Source of the DNA: Bacteroidales bacterium
GTDB taxonomy: Bacteria; Bacteroidota; Bacteroidia; Bacteroidales; GCA-2748055
Reading direction: 5' to 3'
Assembly: GCA_035638735.1 (NCBI GenBank)
Contig: DASQZK010000783.1
Location: 1 to 24,800, forward strand
DNA length: 24,800 bases
The notes beneath the pieces are model-generated. The model was given only the letters and a program-made list of their open reading frames with translations, was not told where the DNA came from and made no database searches. The translations under genes were made by a program, and so were the position numbers. Shown piece by piece: positions 1-6,974 of this stretch; position 1 is the stretch's first letter; each line of letters opens with the position of its first letter.

Positions 1-514
1 TCGTGCTGTATTTGCCTGTCCAGAATACGATGGCAGCCGCGATGAGTGATGATACGGCTGAACCGGTCTGGGAAGCACTCCGTGTATGGCCGTAATAGTT
101 GACTTTTTGGGCTCCCCATCCTTTTATCCTGAGATATTCGAAGATCATGGCCTTATGTACCCCGCTGCGGAACGCTTCTCCAAGAGAGAAAAAGAGCATG
201 GCAAGGATGAACCAGGGATAGCTTCCGGTGAAGAAAAACGTTGTAAAGGAAACCATGTAAAAAAGGAAAGATCCGGCCAGGGTGCGGCGTCTTCCCCAGG
301 CATCGGCTACCAGTCCGCTCGGGATCTCAAAAAGGTTAACTGTAATCTCCCTGATGGCATAAAGGATACCGATCTGCAGAAAGCTAATCCCCTTTTCGAG
401 AAAGAACAACATCAGGAAGGGTTCGAAAAAGCGCAAATTTTTAAGGAAGCCGTAAGCCTGGAATTTCCTGAATTGCAGATTTTTCCGGATACCGTTCTTC
501 TGCTTTCGTGTCAT
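1..514 (-). CDS. MFS transporter, N-terminal part (3' end runs off the window)
   Basis: Hand translation of the minus strand from ATG 514 is open for 171 codons to the window edge: MTRKQKNGIRKNLQFRKFQAYGFLKNLRFFEPFLMLFFLEKGISFLQIGILYAIREITVNLFEIPSGLVADAWGRRRTLAGSFLFYMVSF...LGEAFRSGVHKAMIFEYL.... It has several hydrophobic helices and MFS motif A (G-x3-D-x-WGRR). The ATG lies 2 nt after the stop of the TPS/TPP gene. It is absent from the ORF track, probably because there is no stop codon in the window. Confidence 0.9.
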   Translation of the reverse strand, partial: MTRKQKNGIRKNLQFRKFQAYGFLKNLRFFEPFLMLFFLEKGISFLQIGILYAIREITVNLFEIPSGLVADAWGRRRTLAGSFLFYMVSFTTFFFTGSYPWFILAMLFFSLGEAFRSGVHKAMIFEYLRIKGWGAQKVNYYGHTRSASQTGSAVSSLIAAAIVFWTGKYST

Positions 515-516
515 GA

Positions 517-2730
517 CTATTTTACTACAGTCTTAAGTATTTCCCTGATGTTTTTATAACCGTCGACAAAGTATTTTGCCCGTGTCGATTTTTCGCCTAC
601 CTTAATAGTGATTGTTTCTTCGGGCAGGTATTCGAAAGTAAACTCATCGGTCCAGTCGTCGCCCATGGCAAGGATGAAATCGTAATGATTATTCCCCATG
701 CGCGACAGGGCTGCCCGTCCCTTGTTGATCCCCGAATTTTTAATTTCTATCACCTTGTCACCATCCATAATCTCGAGGTTAAGGTTTGTTACCAGGCTCT
801 GAAGTTCGTCTTTGAGCTCGTAGGAACGCTGAACGCCCAGATCGGGGTCGGAGTCGCGGTAATGCCAGACCAGGGAATAATTTTTTTCTTCGATAAAGCT
901 TCGCGGTGTGCGGTCAACATAAAAATCGAGAATGGGTTTGATGATCTCCATCCAGTCTTTGTCGATAGCATCAACCGTATGCCACTGACCATCCACTTTT
1001 TTATGCCATACCCCGTGTTCAGCTATAAAACCGATGCGCCAGTCTGCATTGAACCAGTTGGAAAGGGTTTCTTTATCGCGTCCGCTGATGATGACAACAT
1101 TATTTTTCTTGTCAGCCGTGAGCTTTTTGAGAATGCTGTATAATTCCTTATCGGGTTTGGCGTCCTGTGGATCTTTGAAAAAGCCCTGCAGTGTTCCGTC
1201 GTAGTCGAGGAATATCATCCTGTTATTTGACGACTTGTACCTGTCGATAATAGCCTTTGAGATGCGATTGTTTATCTTTCGCGTCAGGTTGTATTCCTGG
1301 TTCTTCTTGACGGCTTTGAGAGCTTCCAGAAAATCGGTTGCCCACTTTTTATTGGTATAGGTTGAAAGTCGTTTTTGAAGGGCCTTATTTCTCCGGATCT
1401 GTTCTTCTTCGGGCATGGAAAGTGCCTGGCAAATGGCGTCTGATATTTCCCGCCTGTTGTTGGGGTTTACAATGACCGCTTCACCCATCTCCTTGGAGGC
1501 GCCGGCCATTTCGGAGAGGATAAGGACGCCTTTCTGATCGGGTTTGGAAGCAATAAATTCTTTTGAAACCAGGTTCATACCGTCCCGTAACGGCGTTACC
1601 AGCGCAATGTCGGACGAGACATACACTTCCACAAGCTGGTCGAAGTTCAGTTCCCTGAAAAAGTAAAAAACAGGCGTCCAGTCTATACGTCCATACTCAC
1701 TGTTGATCTTTCCGACCTGCTGGTCCAGTTCTGCCTTGATCAGCTTGTTTTCGGGATCGTTTTCCCTGAGGGTGGTGATGTACATCAGCAGCGATACTTT
1801 TCGGCGGTAATTCTCGTTTTTCTCAAGAAATTCGCGATAAGCTTTGACCCTGTTAATGAGCCCTTTCGTGTAATCGAGACGTTCCAGTAACAGGATGATC
1901 TTATTGCCGGGCCTTACCCGGACGTGTTTCTCAATTTCATGATGAAAATTCGCCAGCTTTTCGGGTACCTTCACTTTTATTTCTGACGAACGGTTATGGA
2001 ATTTTTCATAGTCAATGCCCATGGGGAAGTTATCGACTTTGAGCTTCCGTTTTTGATAAGTGATCTGGTTAAAATAGGTATCGAGTCCTAAGAGACGTCG
2101 CAGGGAACTGATGAAGTGTCGCTCATAGTCGTAGGTGTGAAAACCTATCAGATCGGCGCCTAACAGGCCCTCGAGCACCTCGATGCGCCAAGGGAGCAGC
2201 CTGAAAACTTCGTAAGATGGGAAGGGAATATGCTGGAAATAGCCGATAGTAAGATCGGGAAAACGTTCCCTGAGCATTTTAGGCAGGAGCATAAGATGAT
2301 AATCGTGTATCCATACCGTATCACCCTTCCGGACGATCTTCTCCAGTTCATCGGCATACTTGTTGTTTACCCGGACGTATTGCATCCATTCTTTTTCGCG
2401 ATACGTCGATTTTTCATTGTAGTAGTGAAACAAAGGCCAGATCGTGCCGTTGGCAAAACCTTCAAGGTATTTCTCTCGCTCTTGCTTCCGCAGGGATATG
2501 GGAAAACAGTTTTTCTTTTTCAGATCTATGTTTATTTCTTCCCATTTTTCGGGTGACAGATCGCGGCGATCCAGACCTGTCCAACCTACCCATAAGGTGT
2601 CGTCTGTTTGATCGAACCTGTCAAGCCCGCTTGTGAAACCGCCAATACGCCGGGTGAGAGCGGTTTCTCCTTTTTTGTTCCGGTAAATTTTTAATGGTAA
2701 CAGATTTGATACAAAGATAAGTCGGCTCAT
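517..2730 (-). CDS. Fused GT20 trehalose-6-phosphate synthase-like domain + HAD trehalose-6-phosphate phosphatase (OtsA-OtsB type fusion); acceptor site of the TPS domain is atypical
   Basis: GT20 motifs WPLFHY, WIHDYHL, HIPFP, RLDYTKG, RDGMNLVSKE. HAD-IIB TPP motifs DYDGTL, SGR, AEHG, WHYR, NKG, GDDWTDE. The track start at 2760 is a TTG; ATG 2730 (MSRLIFVSN, AT-rich upstream) matches the usual family start better. Confidence 0.93.
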   Translation of the reverse strand: MSRLIFVSNLLPLKIYRNKKGETALTRRIGGFTSGLDRFDQTDDTLWVGWTGLDRRDLSPEKWEEINIDLKKKNCFPISLRKQEREKYLEGFANGTIWPLFHYYNEKSTYREKEWMQYVRVNNKYADELEKIVRKGDTVWIHDYHLMLLPKMLRERFPDLTIGYFQHIPFPSYEVFRLLPWRIEVLEGLLGADLIGFHTYDYERHFISSLRRLLGLDTYFNQITYQKRKLKVDNFPMGIDYEKFHNRSSEIKVKVPEKLANFHHEIEKHVRVRPGNKIILLLERLDYTKGLINRVKAYREFLEKNENYRRKVSLLMYITTLRENDPENKLIKAELDQQVGKINSEYGRIDWTPVFYFFRELNFDQLVEVYVSSDIALVTPLRDGMNLVSKEFIASKPDQKGVLILSEMAGASKEMGEAVIVNPNNRREISDAICQALSMPEEEQIRRNKALQKRLSTYTNKKWATDFLEALKAVKKNQEYNLTRKINNRISKAIIDRYKSSNNRMIFLDYDGTLQGFFKDPQDAKPDKELYSILKKLTADKKNNVVIISGRDKETLSNWFNADWRIGFIAEHGVWHKKVDGQWHTVDAIDKDWMEIIKPILDFYVDRTPRSFIEEKNYSLVWHYRDSDPDLGVQRSYELKDELQSLVTNLNLEIMDGDKVIEIKNSGINKGRAALSRMGNNHYDFILAMGDDWTDEFTFEYLPEETITIKVGEKSTRAKYFVDGYKNIREILKTVVK

Positions 2731-2882
2731 ACTTTTTAGGTTGGTATTTGAATAAAACAACGATAATTAATCAACAATTCAAAGCTCCGAAACGTTTTAA
2801 TTATTCAGAAAGTTCAGTGAAATCTGGTGTTATGAGGCTTCTGTCATTCAGTATCATTGCTCATCAACCACCTGCCAGGTTA

Positions 2883-2890
2883 CAAAGATA
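2883..2890 (-). promoter_or_regulatory. Putative Bacteroidota -7 promoter box (TATCTTTG) for the TPS/TPP-MFS operon
   Basis: The plus strand reads CAAAGATA, which is TAnnTTTG on the minus strand, about 150 nt upstream of ATG 2730. No clear -33 TTTG. A 6-position motif in AT-rich DNA can occur by chance. Confidence 0.5.
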
Positions 2891-2926
2891 TAGCGTTAAC
2901 CCATACTAAGAATTCGGCTGTTAACA

Positions 2927-2934
2927 TATATTTG
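2927..2934 (+). promoter_or_regulatory. Putative Bacteroidota -7 promoter box (TATATTTG) for the HAD-GH65 gene
   Basis: Exact TAnnTTTG 61 nt upstream of ATG 2996. No clear -33 element. Confidence 0.55.
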
Positions 2935-2995
2935 TTTAATTTTAGATCAAACAGATCCGATTCTCAATCTTAAATATAATAAAGATACTTTATTT

Positions 2996-5900
2996 ATGGA
3001 AATACATCACTTTGATGCCGTCATATTTGATCTTGATGGAGTCATTACAAAAACGGCGCTGGTGCATTCCTCGGCCTGGACCAGGATGTTTAACGACTTT
3101 CTTACCTCAAGAGAAGAAAAATATGGCGAATCGTATAGCGAGTTTACACACGAAAAAGATTATCTGCCCTATGTTGATGGAAAACCCAGGTATAAAGGGG
3201 TCGCAGACTTTTTAAAGTCGCGTGATATTGACATCCCTTTCGGTGATCCCTCCGATCCTCCCGAAAAAGAAACGGTCTGTGGACTTGGAAACAGGAAGAA
3301 TAATTATTTTACCGACATTCTTGAAAAAGACGGCGTTGAAGTTTACGAAACAAGTGTAGCGTTCATCAGGCAACTTCGGTCTGAAGGTATACGTGTAGGT
3401 GTTGCCTCATCGAGCAAGAACTGTAAGAAGGTGCTTGAAACGGCAGGACTGATTGATCTGTTTGAGACACGTGTTGACGGGTTGGTTTCAGCCGACATGG
3501 GGTTGAAAGGGAAGCCCGAACCCGACATTTTTACTACGGCCTGCGATAACCTGAATGTGGCCTACGACCGCTCTGTGGTAGTGGAAGATGCTGTAAGCGG
3601 TGTACAGGCCGGAGCTGCCGGTGGATTCGGTCTCACCCTTGGCATTGCCAGGGAAGGCAATGTTGCTGAGCTCCGTAAGAACGGGGCTGATATCGTTGTC
3701 GAAGATATTGGTGACCTCGGCGGTATTGAAGCGGTGAACCGCTGGTTTAAGGATGACCTCGAGAAGTTAAGATGGTCTGTACTCTATAAGTCTTACGATA
3801 AAGAGAAGGAAAAATCGCGCGAGGCCCTTCTCACCACCGGAAACGGTTTTTTTGCAAGCCGGGGGGCGATGGAGGAAACTTCTGCCGGTGAATACAACTA
3901 CCCGGGAAGTTATATGACAGGTTTATACAACAGGCGGAAATCCAAAGTGAGTGACCGCTGGATTGAAAATGAAGATTTTGTGAACTTTATAAACTGGCTG
4001 CCGGTGAATTTCAGGGTCGACGGCGGCGAATGGTTCGATCCTAATGCACACGACTTCCATCTTATTGAACGCCGCCTGGATCTGAAGACCGGCATGTTAT
4101 ACCGGTCACTTATTGTTAAACATGATAAGGGACGGGAAACACTCGTCGAGTCCAGGCGTTTTGTGAGTATGGCCGATCCCCACCTTGGCGGGCTTGAATA
4201 TAAGGTGACACCAGTCAACTACGCAGGCAAAATTGAGATCATGTCGGCTCTCGACGGCGATCTGATCAACGACGGCGTCGAACGCTACAGCGACCTGGAC
4301 CAACATCATCTCGATCAGCTCGATCAGGGAACAATGAATGGTCTCGACTATGTCATTGTTAAAACCAACCAATCGGATATTACCGTTTCGGTAGCACAGA
4401 AACTCGACGTGACCCTTGCAGGAAAAATGGTGAACCGTTCATCTTTCGAACCTGTAAAAGGAAAGGTGACTTCATATTTCGAATCGAATGCGGCAGCCAA
4501 TGAATGCTTGCAACTACGTAAAATTGTCTGTATTCATAACTCCCGTGATTTCGAAGTGAACAATCCACTCGGTGCCGTGGCTGAACAATTATCTGCCGAG
4601 GATGATTTTAACAAAATCTTCGGTGCCAGTGAACAGGCCTGGGGAAAAATCTGGAAAAAATCCGATATTGCCATCAGTGGTGACCGATACTCCCAGATGC
4701 TGATCAGGCTGCACATTTTTCATCTCCTCACAACGGCATCTCCCCATCATAAGCACCTCGATGCCGGTATCCCCGCCAGGGGACTGCATGGGGAGGCATA
4801 TCGCGGACATATTTTCTGGGATGAATTATATGTGCTGCCTTTCTTTGCTACCTACTTCCCGGAAACAGCGCGGTCTGTGCTGATGTACCGTTACCGCAGG
4901 CTCAACAAAGCACGCCAGTATGCTGCTGACCATAATTATGAAGGTGCCATGTTCCCGTGGCAGAGCGGAAGCGATGGCAGGGAAGAAACACAGGTCGTTC
5001 ATCTTAATCCGGTATCCGGCGAATGGGGCGATGATTACAGCTCACTGCAAAGACATATATCATCGGCTATCGCTTATAATATATGGCAGTATTATAAAAT
5101 ATCGGCCGACCAGGATTTTATGAATCAGTATGGAGCAGAAATGTTCTTTGAAATTTGCCGTTTCTGGGCTTCAAAGGCCAAAAAGGATGAGAAAACAGGC
5201 CGGTATTCCATCGGTAAGGTTATGGGACCTGACGAATTTCACGAAAAACTGCCCGATGCCGATGAAGGCGGACTAAAAGATAATGCGTATATCAACATCA
5301 TGAGCGCCTGGATAATGAAAACGGCGTTCAGCATCATGGACCAGCTTGATATTAATGAACGCAAAAGGATTGTCGAAAAAATCGAATTAAAGAAAGAGGA
5401 ACTCGTCAAATGGAAAGAGATGTCGCTAAAAATGAATCTTCTCTTTAATGACAACGGCATTCTTGAACAGTTCCAGGGCTATTTCGATCTCAAAGAACTC
5501 GACTGGGACGAATACAGGAAAAAATATGATGACATTCACCGTATGGACCGGATCCTAAAGGCCGAGGGTAATTCACCCGACGATTATAAAGTGGCTAAAC
5601 AGGCCGATGCGCTGATGACATTCTACAACCTCGACAAAGACGAGGTTATCAGTCTGTTACATGATATGGGGTATGAAGCGGATGCCTCCATATTGAAGAA
5701 AAACTTTGATTATTACCTACCCCGTACCTCTCATGGGTCAACCCTGAGCCGCGTGGTTCACGCTTACCTCGCCAGGCTTACCGGTAAAAATGAGCTTTGC
5801 GACGAGCTCTACATGGAAGCCCTGGCCAGTGACTACGTCGATATACAGGGAGGTACCACGGGAGAAGGCATCCATGTGGGCGTCATGGGTGGCACTGTTT

Positions 5901-6151
5901 TAAATGCGCTCACCATTTATGCCGGGGTGAACTGGCATGGGGAGACACTCCGCCTTGATCCGGCTCTTCCCCCGGGCTGGAAAAGTCTCGCATTTAATTT
6001 CAACATCGATGGCCGGCATTTTCACTTCGAGATCTCAGCCCACGACGTGAAGATTCAATATAATTCCGATAATGGATCCCCAGGCAGAATCTTTGTGAAA
6101 GGCATTAAATGTGAACTTGAAAACAGCCGTACCATCTTCGTTGAGTTGTAA
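2996..6151 (+). CDS. Beta-phosphoglucomutase-like HAD domain fused to a GH65 glycoside phosphorylase, probably of the trehalose-6-phosphate phosphorylase (TrePP) clade
   Basis: The N-terminal ~240 aa carry bPGM-type HAD motifs DLDGVITKT, YVDGKPR, ASSSKN, KPEPDIF, VEDAVSG. The GH65 part has LLTTGNG, NEDFVN, ARGLHGEAYRGHIFWDE, catalytic GPDEF, KQAD and SHGSTLS. From memory, ARGLHGEAYRGHIFWDE and NEDFVN are typical of the TrePP/OtsB1 branch rather than maltose or kojibiose phosphorylases. GH65 membership is firm; the substrate is less certain. Confidence 0.88.
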   Translation: MEIHHFDAVIFDLDGVITKTALVHSSAWTRMFNDFLTSREEKYGESYSEFTHEKDYLPYVDGKPRYKGVADFLKSRDIDIPFGDPSDPPEKETVCGLGNRKNNYFTDILEKDGVEVYETSVAFIRQLRSEGIRVGVASSSKNCKKVLETAGLIDLFETRVDGLVSADMGLKGKPEPDIFTTACDNLNVAYDRSVVVEDAVSGVQAGAAGGFGLTLGIAREGNVAELRKNGADIVVEDIGDLGGIEAVNRWFKDDLEKLRWSVLYKSYDKEKEKSREALLTTGNGFFASRGAMEETSAGEYNYPGSYMTGLYNRRKSKVSDRWIENEDFVNFINWLPVNFRVDGGEWFDPNAHDFHLIERRLDLKTGMLYRSLIVKHDKGRETLVESRRFVSMADPHLGGLEYKVTPVNYAGKIEIMSALDGDLINDGVERYSDLDQHHLDQLDQGTMNGLDYVIVKTNQSDITVSVAQKLDVTLAGKMVNRSSFEPVKGKVTSYFESNAAANECLQLRKIVCIHNSRDFEVNNPLGAVAEQLSAEDDFNKIFGASEQAWGKIWKKSDIAISGDRYSQMLIRLHIFHLLTTASPHHKHLDAGIPARGLHGEAYRGHIFWDELYVLPFFATYFPETARSVLMYRYRRLNKARQYAADHNYEGAMFPWQSGSDGREETQVVHLNPVSGEWGDDYSSLQRHISSAIAYNIWQYYKISADQDFMNQYGAEMFFEICRFWASKAKKDEKTGRYSIGKVMGPDEFHEKLPDADEGGLKDNAYINIMSAWIMKTAFSIMDQLDINERKRIVEKIELKKEELVKWKEMSLKMNLLFNDNGILEQFQGYFDLKELDWDEYRKKYDDIHRMDRILKAEGNSPDDYKVAKQADALMTFYNLDKDEVISLLHDMGYEADASILKKNFDYYLPRTSHGSTLSRVVHAYLARLTGKNELCDELYMEALASDYVDIQGGTTGEGIHVGVMGGTVLNALTIYAGVNWHGETLRLDPALPPGWKSLAFNFNIDGRHFHFEISAHDVKIQYNSDNGSPGRIFVKGIKCELENSRTIFVEL

Positions 6152-6221
6152 AAATCGAACATAATTATGGTATTCTAAAGAATTGCTTCTATTTTTGGGA
6201 TTATTTTAATTCCAGATATTT

Positions 6222-6887
6222 ATGCTTGGTGACATACTTATTATCCGTGAAATGCACAAGGCGGCTGCCGAAGCAATTGCAAAAAGGGTTATTCAGGAGA
6301 GAGATAAGCTACATAAAGGTTATAAATTCATTGTTGGCATTTCAGGTGAGTCAGGGGCCGGGAAGTCAGAGGTTTCCCATTCCCTTGCCAGACGTCTTAA
6401 ATCAGAAAGGATTAGAGTCAAGGTACTGCATGCCGACGATTATTATAAAGTTCCTCCGCTGCTTAGAACCGAATGGCGTCGGGTACAAGGCATCGAAACG
6501 GTAGGCATGCAGGAATACGACTGGAACCTGATCCAGCGTAACATCCAGGATTTTAAGGAAGACCGGGAATCAATGATGCCCTGTATCGATATTATCCCCG
6601 AGCAGGTCGATAAACTGATAACCGACTTCAAGAAGATCGACCTCCTGGTGGTTGACGGCTTGTACGCTCTCAAAGCCGACGGATTGGATATGCGTGTCTT
6701 TATTGACCTGGATTACCATGAGACAAAAATTTCACAGATACAGAGAGGTAAAGAAAATCTGGATGACTTCAGGCTTGCCGTCCTTGAAAAAGAACATCAG
6801 AACGTTCTTTCACTTAAACCATTAGCCGATCTGATTATTGATAAGAACTACCAGGTTATCGACCCCAGGACGGGCGAATTCGTATAA
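6222..6887 (+). CDS. P-loop small-molecule kinase, uridine kinase/phosphoribulokinase fold, substrate unknown
   Basis: Walker A ISGESGAGKS, HADDYY (compare SQDSYY of uridine kinases), LVVDGLYAL (compare IIVEGIL) and MRVFID. The uridine-kinase NFDHP motif is not present (VGMQEYDW instead). Confidence 0.75.
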   Translation: MLGDILIIREMHKAAAEAIAKRVIQERDKLHKGYKFIVGISGESGAGKSEVSHSLARRLKSERIRVKVLHADDYYKVPPLLRTEWRRVQGIETVGMQEYDWNLIQRNIQDFKEDRESMMPCIDIIPEQVDKLITDFKKIDLLVVDGLYALKADGLDMRVFIDLDYHETKISQIQRGKENLDDFRLAVLEKEHQNVLSLKPLADLIIDKNYQVIDPRTGEFV

Positions 6888-6974
6888 AAATCCTGTTTTC
6901 TTCCTGAAATAGCCATTCAAATCATGGTTTCCTGAATTTTTTCAGGTAAATTTTGGAAATAATTTCTCATTTCC

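Noticed and set aside
86-559. 157-aa plus-strand ORF in the track
   Set aside because: It is the antisense shadow of the minus-strand MFS gene; it has no recognisable motifs, and the opposite frame has a clear transporter signature.
2996-6151. Idea that the GH65 enzyme phosphorolyses sophorose produced by the PUL
   Set aside because: Characterised GH65 enzymes act on alpha-glucosides (kojibiose is alpha-1,2, not beta-1,2); beta-1,2 phosphorolysis belongs to GH94. The motifs here point to the T6P phosphorylase branch.
6190-6197. TATTTTTG -7-like box before the kinase
   Set aside because: It matches TAnnTTTG but is low-complexity and has no -33 partner; the chance of a random match in an AT-rich spacer is high.
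6222-6887. Calling the kinase udk
   Set aside because: The fold matches, but the uridine-recognition motif is missing and the context is carbohydrate metabolism, so no gene symbol is given.
6931-6946. CCTGAA-TTTT-TTCAGG hairpin between kinase and regulator
   Set aside because: Only 6 bp, AU-rich, with no downstream U tract; too weak to call a terminator.
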